Assembly (NCBI GenBank): GCA_964574595.1
Contig: CAZNOF010000006.1
Span: 21,532-85,531 of the forward strand
Length of the DNA stretch: 64,000 nt
Source of the DNA: an uncultured Pseudomonadales bacterium
Lineage (GTDB): Bacteria; Patescibacteriota; Microgenomatia; UBA1400; PJMF01
Direction: 5' to 3'
In this document: in pieces, positions 56,870-64,000 of the stretch
How the letters are laid out: each line of letters starts with the position of its first letter
How positions within the stretch are numbered: position 1 is the first letter of the stretch
Made by a program: the position numbers and the translations under genes
Notes under the pieces: model-generated
Seen by the model: only the letters and a program-made list of their open reading frames with translations
Databases searched by the model: none
What the model was told of the DNA's origin: nothing

Positions 56870-58498
56870 TTACCATTCTGGAACAACCTCATTGCCACTT
56901 ACTTTGGCGCTTGCACCTGGTCCCATGTAGTTGTGACCAGCTTGGTTCTTAGGTTTCAGCATATTCCACAGTGGCATACTATCGATGTAGTCGTAGACGA
57001 TTTTGTAATCACTTGGTGTCTTCTCATCACCAAAAACACCAGATAAATAGACTTCTCTCAAGGCTTCTCTTACTACATTTCCCCAGTTAATTTCAGCTGG
57101 TTCTTCGAGCCCACCGTTTGGAGTTTCTTCTGCCGTACGGTTAATACCAGCAATCATTGCATCAACTAAAGCAGAGACATCCCGCTGATCAAAGACATAC
57201 GAGCCACCGTTCTTCTTCGTTCGACCAATTAAACCTTTACTGACCATTTCTGAAAGAGAAACATGGAGCGTAGCGATACTTTTGCAGACAACATTTACTT
57301 TGTCAGCTGGCAAAGATTCAAAGTATGACTTTTGTGGAGTTTCCACGCCTCTTCTTCCCTTAATCAGTTTGCCATTCACACGTACATCTGGATCATCACC
57401 TACCATCTTAAATTTGAGGATATTTTCTACATACTCAGGAGTTACATTTGGTAAAACAACTGTTTCATTGCGACTTTGCCAGGCGTCTGAAAGATACGAA
57501 CGGCCGGAAACAGCTGGTGGGTTCTGAGCCATGACAATAAATGCGTCAGGACTTCTCACCACGGGTGGTCTAAACCCAGATACTGAGAAACTTACTGTAT
57601 TGACTTCTAGCAAAGGCAAAAGCACTTCCAACACACTTGTGTTATCTACAGTATTTGGCTCATCTAAAGCCAAGATTCCACCCCATTCGATAATCTCTAC
57701 AGCGGGAGAATCTTTCCATGTGTATTCAGATTTAATTAAGAGCTCCAAATTAATCTGACTCATCAGGGCTTTAGCAGCATCCAATACTTCTTCATCGTCA
57801 AGAGCTTTACTCTCTAAAAGCTCAATCAAGTTGTCGTAGACAATGATTAAGTCGCGGTCTGCACTTGTAAGTTTATCTTCTTTTCCGTCTGCAATCAGTT
57901 TTTTTCTCCATTCAACTTGTCTGGAGACACCAGCTGATTTCAGCAATCTCATCACTGTTGGCAGGATAATTTCTTTTTGATCAGAAACGCGACTACCAAT
58001 AATATTTGATTCTTTGGTGCCAGCTGAGAAACTTAAGCGATAGTATGGTTGACCAATGATCGCGGAAAACACCCAGGTCGCAAATGTTTTAGAAACAGCT
58101 GGAGGACCTTCCAAAGTCATCGGCTGGCGACGATTGTAACGGACACCAATTTCTCCTAGCACCCACAGTGTTGTTTCATCAAGCATGACCTGTTCTTGGA
58201 TATGCTCCCACTGCGTGATGCGCTCCTGCATTTTTTCATTGGCTGGCATCTCTGGGATACGGACGATCACTGGAGTATCAAACTCAGGGCAATACATACG
58301 GACAATTTGGTGTCGTTCATCATCATTCTTGGCATAAAATCTCAATGCACTACTATCATCACCTAAAACAGAGTGATACTCACTCCAGTTGATTTTTTGA
58401 TACTGCTCACGAGCTGCTTCACGGCTACGTTCACGTTGGAGTTCAATTGCTGTTTTGCCAGCTTCTGGATTCTTGCTAGTTGGATTCTGCTCGTGCAT
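56870..58498 (-). CDS. AAA+ ATPase of the MoxR / AAA_5 (dynein-related) class with degenerate Walker A
   Basis: GPPAVSKT (P-loop with Ser in place of the second Gly). Walker B ILALDEP. Sensor-1-like MAQNP. 542 aa with long N-terminal extension. Confidence 0.55.
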   Translation of the reverse strand: MHEQNPTSKNPEAGKTAIELQRERSREAAREQYQKINWSEYHSVLGDDSSALRFYAKNDDERHQIVRMYCPEFDTPVIVRIPEMPANEKMQERITQWEHIQEQVMLDETTLWVLGEIGVRYNRRQPMTLEGPPAVSKTFATWVFSAIIGQPYYRLSFSAGTKESNIIGSRVSDQKEIILPTVMRLLKSAGVSRQVEWRKKLIADGKEDKLTSADRDLIIVYDNLIELLESKALDDEEVLDAAKALMSQINLELLIKSEYTWKDSPAVEIIEWGGILALDEPNTVDNTSVLEVLLPLLEVNTVSFSVSGFRPPVVRSPDAFIVMAQNPPAVSGRSYLSDAWQSRNETVVLPNVTPEYVENILKFKMVGDDPDVRVNGKLIKGRRGVETPQKSYFESLPADKVNVVCKSIATLHVSLSEMVSKGLIGRTKKNGGSYVFDQRDVSALVDAMIAGINRTAEETPNGGLEEPAEINWGNVVREALREVYLSGVFGDEKTPSDYKIVYDYIDSMPLWNMLKPKNQAGHNYMGPGASAKVSGNEVVPEW

Positions 58499-58506
58499 TT
58501 AGTCCT

Positions 58507-58929
58507 TTAATTCATTCTGCATGTGTAATCAAACACATGTTGTAAATTTGGTGATAAATCAGACACATTTGTGTTATTTAAGAGTACAAAAAGGCGACCT
58601 TTGTTATCACTATGACCTGCCTGGGAAGCTGTTTGTTGCCAACCCATTAAATCGGTGTACATACTTAATAACTGATCTTGATCCTTACAAGTAATCAGGA
58701 CGACCACGCCTACCTTGAAAAAGGTGTTGACGATGTCGAACAGTTTGGCGGCCCCAATTTTCTCAACTTGATCTCCAGAAAGAGTTTGACACATCTGGCC
58801 TTTACTCTTAATGATGTTCACAATTTCCATGCCATTTGTGTCTTTGTCAGTCACAAAAAGGGAGACAAAATGAGAACCTTCTGGGGTTGGGGTAAGACGT
58901 TTAGTGATGAACTCTTCAACGGTATTCAT
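58507..58929 (-). CDS. hypothetical small protein (140 aa)
   Basis: Intact ORF between the AAA_5 and VWA genes. Alpha/beta-like composition. No motif. Confidence 0.4.
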   Translation of the reverse strand: MNTVEEFITKRLTPTPEGSHFVSLFVTDKDTNGMEIVNIIKSKGQMCQTLSGDQVEKIGAAKLFDIVNTFFKVGVVVLITCKDQDQLLSMYTDLMGWQQTASQAGHSDNKGRLFVLLNNTNVSDLSPNLQHVFDYTCRMN

Positions 58930-58962
58930 AGGTAGCTTTCACGGTATTGTACTGCACCTTCT

Positions 58963-61764
58963 TTATTTTTTAAACTCATTTGGGTTACTAATAATGTATT
59001 GAAAAATGATTGGTAATACAATCGTTAACTCTGCTGTATCTGAGAATGAGTTACTTATACCTTCAAATTTCACCTTGCCAACTTTAGCCGTTAGTCCCTC
59101 ACGAGTATAGTAATTGTTCAGCTCTTGAGTGATCTCAGCGCGCAATCCGTCTGGTAACAGAGGAAAGACTTCATTGACAAATTCTGTATTCTGACCGATA
59201 CCAAACCCTAACAGGGCCAAATCTATATTATTATTTGTGGCATCAGACTGCACTTGTTTAATGACCTCTTTGAGCAAATCACTTGGTGCGAGCGGGATAT
59301 TTGGAATGCTATCAGTTGGTTGACCATCTGTTAAGACAATTAAGAAATCTCGCTTCTTACCGCTTCTGGCTGTCTCTTCATTTCTTGTTGCTAATTCTTT
59401 GAACGTGGATAACATGGCACTGGAGGTTGGTGTGCCATTTCTTGGTACCATTAAGAGACCACCAATATTCCTCTTCTGCTCTTCACTCAACTCCTCATCT
59501 GTGTCTTCCGTTTCTGCATAGGATTTAAACACTTTCATAGTCGTGCCATCACTAAACTCCGTAAATCCCTCCACCGCGAACTCAATTCCCAACGCGGTAA
59601 ATACTGTAGATAAAATGGTTACCATCTTGAACGCTTCGCGAATCTTATCGTCCATAGAACCAGATAAGTCGACTAAAATAGTAAATCGATAATTTTTCTT
59701 ATTTGGCTTCTCCTCATATGCTAAAACATCTCGGCCACCCTCACCTCGTTTGCGATCGATATCTCGGTCAATATCTAACTCACCTTCATCTTCAGAATAG
59801 CGAGTTCTCGGATGATTCTTGGGTCTGAAAATTGGCGAAAACTCATCAACTAGTGTTTCAATTGCTAACTTAATCTCTGGCAATCTGCTTACTGTATCAA
59901 ATACCTCCATGGTATCTTCAACTTCCGACATAAATTGATCATTCGCTCTCTGAATTTGATCCAAAATATCTTGGGGAACTGGAGGTAATTCTCTTGGCGA
60001 GGGGGATGGCTTTTTTTGCTCAGGAATTGGCTTTCTCGTGGCGGATTGTTGATTCTCTTCTCCTGAATCACTGGCCTCTTCACTTTCTTCACCTTCTTTT
60101 CCATTTTCACTCTCACTTGATTCAGATTCACCACTCTCTTGTCCTGGCTGGCCGGCCTCACCGGACTCACCTTCACCCGCTTCGCCTTCACCGGACTCAC
60201 CCTCCCCACTTTCACCCTCTGAACTCTCACCGCTGTCATCACCTGATTCAGATTTCTCACCTTTTTGCTGCTGTTTCTGCTTCTCTGAAACCTTACTCGG
60301 TCGGCTGACGCCTTCTTTATCAGATTTGCCTTCTAATTTTTCATTGACTTCATCTTCAACTTCGCCAAGTTCTTGCTGAGCCTTATCCTTCATTCCTTGC
60401 TTGGTATCTTCTTTGACTTTATCGAACTGTTCTTTAATTTTTTCTTTGGACTCTTCGCTGACTTTATCCCATGGAATTTCAGGTTTCCCGCCTTGAGAAC
60501 TACTTTCTCCACTTTGGGATTGTTCGCCAGATTGCCCACTTGCTGAACCTGATTGAGAACTTGGTTGAGAAGAGCTTGAAGAGCTTTGTTGACCTGATTC
60601 TTGTCCTGCCTGACTGCCTTGACCTGAATCAGAACCCTCCTGAGCTTCCTGGCTTTCACCAGACCCGCCAGATTCTTCACCTGATTCTCCTGAGCCGGCA
60701 CCAGATTGTTGACCCTGTTGACCAGGTTGACCCTGCTGGCCAGGTTGGCTCTGTTGCTGTCCTTGCTGCTGTTGTTCTTCTTCTTTACGTTGTTCGTCGA
60801 TGAGTTCTGCCAACTCTTTTTGGACTTCTGGAGGCAAAGAGTCAAAATCGATGATGACGAATTGACCACCATCTTTCCCTTCAAATTGCCCACCCTCGAT
60901 CAGTTGATCAATAAACTCTTTCAAGGATTGATCATCAACAGATTTTTCAACTAATTCTTTGTAAATATTCCAAATGTCACGGTAAACAATCGCGCGAGCC
61001 TTTGCTTGCTCTTGAATTTGCTCTTCCTTGGCATACATGTCTGGAACGGCATCCCAAAAAGCTTCCATCAGCGGGGCAATTTTTTGAAATGCTGCCTCTA
61101 CATCTGGATCGATACTTTTAATGAGTGCGGAAAACTCATCCATTTTAGTTTGGTCAATTTCGGTGTATGGATCAACTCCATAGATCGGGGTTTTTTGGTC
61201 TACGTTGAGGGTTCCAGCCACTTGCCTGCCGTAAAAATACTGACGCATCACGCCACCTAAGATCATGTGTTTTGGAATGTAGCCAAGTTTTTTCTCAACT
61301 TGTTGATTGATGGTGATATCTAAGCCGCCACCTTTTGCGACATCGACATCCAGATGAGATTTAATCAGCTCCTTGCCTCGGCGGTGAACTCGGTCAGCGG
61401 CATTTTCAATTCCACAGTCTTCGGCAAAGTTAAAACCTATGGCAAATCCTAATTGTGACCACTCGTCTTTGGTAAAGTGTTTCACACGACTCATCCAAAC
61501 ATGAAGTGCTTCATGCAAAGCAACACCCACACAATACTCACGAGATTTCCCGAGTAAGTCATTCTCATCCATCACAATATAATTTTCTTGAAAGTTCCAG
61601 TACCAACCTTGACCTTTTTTCCAAATAACAGGAATGTCTTTGCCCGGATTCGCAAATTTCACGATTTCAGCACACTGACGTCGCGTTTCTTCTCGATAAA
61701 CGACTTCGGATCTGCCAGTGTCTGCCTCGTGTGAAATCATAGATAAATCAGCATTATACTTCAA
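58963..61764 (-). CDS. metallopeptidase-like (HExxH) N-terminal domain + long acidic/Q/G/S-rich disordered linker + C-terminal von Willebrand factor A domain (DUF2201-like architecture)
   Basis: VGVALHEALHVWMS (HExxH). About 250 aa of QQG / SGE / EGES repeats. C-terminal MIDAS motif ILVDLSGSMDD (DxSxS). 933 aa. Confidence 0.6.
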   Translation of the reverse strand: MKYNADLSMISHEADTGRSEVVYREETRRQCAEIVKFANPGKDIPVIWKKGQGWYWNFQENYIVMDENDLLGKSREYCVGVALHEALHVWMSRVKHFTKDEWSQLGFAIGFNFAEDCGIENAADRVHRRGKELIKSHLDVDVAKGGGLDITINQQVEKKLGYIPKHMILGGVMRQYFYGRQVAGTLNVDQKTPIYGVDPYTEIDQTKMDEFSALIKSIDPDVEAAFQKIAPLMEAFWDAVPDMYAKEEQIQEQAKARAIVYRDIWNIYKELVEKSVDDQSLKEFIDQLIEGGQFEGKDGGQFVIIDFDSLPPEVQKELAELIDEQRKEEEQQQQGQQQSQPGQQGQPGQQGQQSGAGSGESGEESGGSGESQEAQEGSDSGQGSQAGQESGQQSSSSSSQPSSQSGSASGQSGEQSQSGESSSQGGKPEIPWDKVSEESKEKIKEQFDKVKEDTKQGMKDKAQQELGEVEDEVNEKLEGKSDKEGVSRPSKVSEKQKQQQKGEKSESGDDSGESSEGESGEGESGEGEAGEGESGEAGQPGQESGESESSESENGKEGEESEEASDSGEENQQSATRKPIPEQKKPSPSPRELPPVPQDILDQIQRANDQFMSEVEDTMEVFDTVSRLPEIKLAIETLVDEFSPIFRPKNHPRTRYSEDEGELDIDRDIDRKRGEGGRDVLAYEEKPNKKNYRFTILVDLSGSMDDKIREAFKMVTILSTVFTALGIEFAVEGFTEFSDGTTMKVFKSYAETEDTDEELSEEQKRNIGGLLMVPRNGTPTSSAMLSTFKELATRNEETARSGKKRDFLIVLTDGQPTDSIPNIPLAPSDLLKEVIKQVQSDATNNNIDLALLGFGIGQNTEFVNEVFPLLPDGLRAEITQELNNYYTREGLTAKVGKVKFEGISNSFSDTAELTIVLPIIFQYIISNPNEFKK

Positions 61765-62557
61765 ATAATCGCTCGAAAGAGTTGGTAATTATGTCTAAAA
61801 CTGGCTTGTGGCTTCTGCCTTTTTGGGCAAGATATTCATAATGTACCTCTGCCAAATGGCGAACTTCTTCGATCACGTATTCGTGGCACGTTTCATCCTT
61901 CGCAAACATCGTAAATGACACGTACTTCAATCCTGGAAATGTCAGCAGTACTTTTTTAGCAATTTTTTTGAGTTGACGAGAGGCTTGTCCAGTCACATCC
62001 ATATACGCAAAAGAATTTGTTTGAAAATCAACTTTTTTTCCTGCCTCGACAAAACTGATCACATTCTCGTGGGTCCGAACTTTTTCGAGCACTTGAATGA
62101 AGCCTGTGTCACTCAAGAAGACTTGATACTCGTTGCCCTGAAGTTGCTTTTCTATCAGCACGTTTTGTTCGACTTTGCTCAAGGTCTCAAATGCTTCAAT
62201 TAACTGTTTTAAGGAATAAATAGTCGTTAGCTCATCACCTTTGGCATTCGCATTTTCTAATTTCAGTGAAATTGGGAAGAGTATTTTTTGAGCGAAAGCC
62301 ACAGCTCTAGATAAATCTTGGGATGAGAAAACTGCCGACTGGGGTATACACAGTTTAGCGTCCTGCAAGACTTTTTGCGTAAAGTATCGATTGCCCAAGA
62401 TCAGTCCTATGTTATAGGGTACCATCGGCAAATACTCGCCAATCACAAAGCGCTGTTTGCCATTTTTCGTGAAGACTTGAATATCAGTGCCAACAACTTC
62501 TTCTACTTGGAAATGATTTTTGAGTGCGTAATCAAGAATTTGTTGATGCATTTTCAT
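61754..62557 (-). CDS. ATP-grasp-fold protein, paralogue of the upstream ligase, possibly degenerate
   Basis: Aligns by eye with the 333-aa ATP-grasp protein (FPISLKLENANAKG vs YPVVVKPVNDGQG; LIEKQLQGNEYQVFL vs LLEKHIFGEEYRVLI). Lacks the terminal E-x-N...PG Mg-binding motif. Confidence 0.45.
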   Translation of the reverse strand: MKMHQQILDYALKNHFQVEEVVGTDIQVFTKNGKQRFVIGEYLPMVPYNIGLILGNRYFTQKVLQDAKLCIPQSAVFSSQDLSRAVAFAQKILFPISLKLENANAKGDELTTIYSLKQLIEAFETLSKVEQNVLIEKQLQGNEYQVFLSDTGFIQVLEKVRTHENVISFVEAGKKVDFQTNSFAYMDVTGQASRQLKKIAKKVLLTFPGLKYVSFTMFAKDETCHEYVIEEVRHLAEVHYEYLAQKGRSHKPVLDIITNSFERLFEV

Positions 62558-63555
62558 ACGTTAAAACTCACTTCCACCAGCGGTTTGGCAACGTCATGAG
62601 ACTGACCTTTTCCTGGGACAGTATGCAGTGATAAACCTGGGTAGGCATTGAGCTCGCAGATTATCCATTCCTGTTTTGTAAGTGGTTTACTAATATCCTG
62701 ACAGATCAAGTCTAAACCCACATATGCCAATCCGCCCACCGCATCTAAAACGCGACTTGCCAACTTTTTGACACTTGGATGAGCTCGATTTGTGATATCT
62801 TCACAACCGCCACCTTTTGAGACATTGGTATTTGGCCGAAGCTGCACAACAGCACCTTGTGCTGGAACAGATTGAAGATTTTGCTGATTTTTCGCTAAGA
62901 AAGTACTCACCACTTCATCCATTTTAATTTCACACAAGCAAGTGATTCTGGGATTCATTCGTCGAAAGTTTTCTGCTTCAATCAACTGTTTAATTGAGTG
63001 CTTGCCATCACCAAGGACTCGTGCTGGAGTTCGGTGGACTGCCGCAAAATAGCCAGTCTTGGTAATCAAGACTCGATACTCTTCACCAAAGATATGCTTT
63101 TCAAGTAAGAAGACTGAGGAACTATGATTTTCCTTCGCGTAACGATCAATGCAGGTACTCAGTTCCGTTGGTGATTCAATAAGTGAATACACGAAGTTTC
63201 CTTGGCCATCATTAACTGGCTTAACCACTACGGGGTAAGCTACTTCATCGGCAAACTTGAGTGCCTCCCTTTTTTGATAAATACTAAACACTTTGCCTGG
63301 TGCCACATTGATCTTGTTCATTTCCAGGACTTTTTTGGTATAGAACTTATCGCTAGCAATCCAGCCGGAGGTGAAAGAAGAACAGGAAGAACTGATATCA
63401 AACAGCAGTTCTTTATGACCATTAAGAGACGCGACAGTAATTGGCGTGTCATCGATAAACCGTAGCCGAGCTCCATTTTTTTCGGCAGCAACTAAAAAAA
63501 GATTGGTATTGTAGTGAATGTCTTTTCTTTTCATCAAGTTTAAATCTGGGCGCAA
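62554..63555 (-). CDS. ATP-grasp ligase (RimK / cyanophycin-synthetase-like peptide ligase family)
   Basis: YPVVVKPVNDGQGNFV (ATP-binding lysine loop), EKHIFGEEYRVLI, C-terminal WIICELNAYPGL (E-x-N Mg site). 333 aa. Confidence 0.6.
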   Translation of the reverse strand: MRPDLNLMKRKDIHYNTNLFLVAAEKNGARLRFIDDTPITVASLNGHKELLFDISSSCSSFTSGWIASDKFYTKKVLEMNKINVAPGKVFSIYQKREALKFADEVAYPVVVKPVNDGQGNFVYSLIESPTELSTCIDRYAKENHSSSVFLLEKHIFGEEYRVLITKTGYFAAVHRTPARVLGDGKHSIKQLIEAENFRRMNPRITCLCEIKMDEVVSTFLAKNQQNLQSVPAQGAVVQLRPNTNVSKGGGCEDITNRAHPSVKKLASRVLDAVGGLAYVGLDLICQDISKPLTKQEWIICELNAYPGLSLHTVPGKGQSHDVAKPLVEVSFNV

Positions 63556-63597
63556 TTATACAGGGTCAGCCAAGCAGCGAGCTGCTACAATCATGAC

Positions 63598-64000
63598 ATG
63601 CACATTTACCTTGTCCGACACACAAAGTATCACAATCCGGAAAATGTCTTTCCCTTTCATTTGCCGGTCAATTTATCAGTGGAAGGACGCGAGCATGCCA
63701 AACGAATCGCAGCTTGGTTCAAGGACAAAAAACTTGGTCAAATTCCAATTTATTCCAGTCCAATTGTCCGTTGTGTCCAAACCTCGGAAATTATTGCCGC
63801 TCAAACAGATTCCTTTGTTACTGCTGATGACAGACTCGTAGAAACATTTAGTCCTGGAATTCAGGGCACTCACAAACCAGAAAAAGATGAGTGGAAGATT
63901 GAAGATGAGGATCCAACTCGTGAGTCAATTGAGTCTATCCGCCAACGAGCCAGTTCCATATTTGAAGAAAAACTCAACCACAATCACAACTGTATTTTAG
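63598..64000 (+). CDS. histidine phosphatase family protein (SixA/PGAM-like), 5' partial in window; not in supplied ORF track
   Basis: Hand translation from ATG 63598: MHIYLVRHTKYHNPENVF...GREHAKRIAAWF...IPIYSSPIVRCVQTSEIIA, matching the LVRHG / YSSPL.RA.QTA signature. Open to the window end. Confidence 0.55.
   Translation, partial: MHIYLVRHTKYHNPENVFPFHLPVNLSVEGREHAKRIAAWFKDKKLGQIPIYSSPIVRCVQTSEIIAAQTDSFVTADDRLVETFSPGIQGTHKPEKDEWKIEDEDPTRESIESIRQRASSIFEEKLNHNHNCIL

Noticed and set aside
59990-60800. Short tandem nucleotide repeats suggestive of a repeat array
   Set aside because: Not CRISPR: repeats are imperfect and short, there are no spacers, and they are entirely inside the coding low-complexity linker of the 933-aa VWA protein. 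Several track ORFs here (59889..60260, 59994..60308, 60390..60893, 60471..60803, 60706..60954) are alternate-frame artefacts.
63518-63841. 107-aa plus-strand ORF from the track
   Set aside because: Out of frame relative to a clear histidine-phosphatase reading frame starting at 63598. Composition is junk-like.

Overview
This 64 kb window is densely coding and low-GC, and reads as a single bacterial chromosome segment with many short hypothetical genes. That is consistent with a reduced-genome organism such as a Patescibacteria/CPR-like lineage, but this placement is inference only. Genetic code 11 appears to apply (TGA, TAA and TAG are all used as stops).

Recognisable housekeeping blocks:
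- **SUF Fe-S assembly cluster** (about 900-9200, minus strand): sufC, an inserted 103-aa ORF, sufB, a short SufD-like gene, then sufS and a SufU/NifU-like gene. Downstream sit a YjjX-type NTPase, an FNR-like flavoprotein, a ferredoxin and a DsbA-like gene.
- **Transcription/translation block**: nusA, a minimal infB (IF-2), rpsO and pnp (16.3-22.8 kb, minus strand).
- **Heat-shock block**: hrcA-grpE-dnaK with a CIRCE-like operator, and a CbpA-like J-protein about 3 kb away.
- **Other housekeeping genes**: ftsH, trpS with a CsaA-like tRNA-binding protein, Nif3, an Fe/Mn superoxide dismutase, mutY, a Xer-like tyrosine recombinase, a standalone 5'-3' exonuclease, and several glycosyltransferase/glycoside-hydrolase genes.

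Non-coding features:
- A 69-nt tRNA with a CAU anticodon and a C1·A72 initiator-like acceptor end (48332-48400).
- A striking 680-bp ORF-free region (35.7-36.4 kb). It carries two tandem transcription units, each with its own near-consensus sigma70 promoter and intrinsic terminator, and homologous 5' ends. The two units appear to be paralogous structured ncRNAs of unknown class.
- Several hairpin terminators and a perfect TTGACT-17-TATAAT promoter.

Two candidate uncharacterised gene systems lie downstream of the tRNA:
1. A plus-strand cluster (48.4-55.7 kb) with a large HD-motif protein, a Cx4Cx2C radical-SAM-like protein, a NadE-like PP-loop enzyme, and an HxGH nucleotidyltransferase fused to a type I phosphoribosyltransferase domain.
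2. A six-gene minus-strand operon (55.7-63.6 kb) with two paralogous ATP-grasp ligases, an HExxH metallopeptidase-like protein with a VWA domain and a long acidic low-complexity linker, a MoxR/AAA_5-like ATPase with a degenerate Walker A, and two unknown acidic proteins.

A partial histidine-phosphatase gene that is absent from the ORF track runs off the 3' end of the window.
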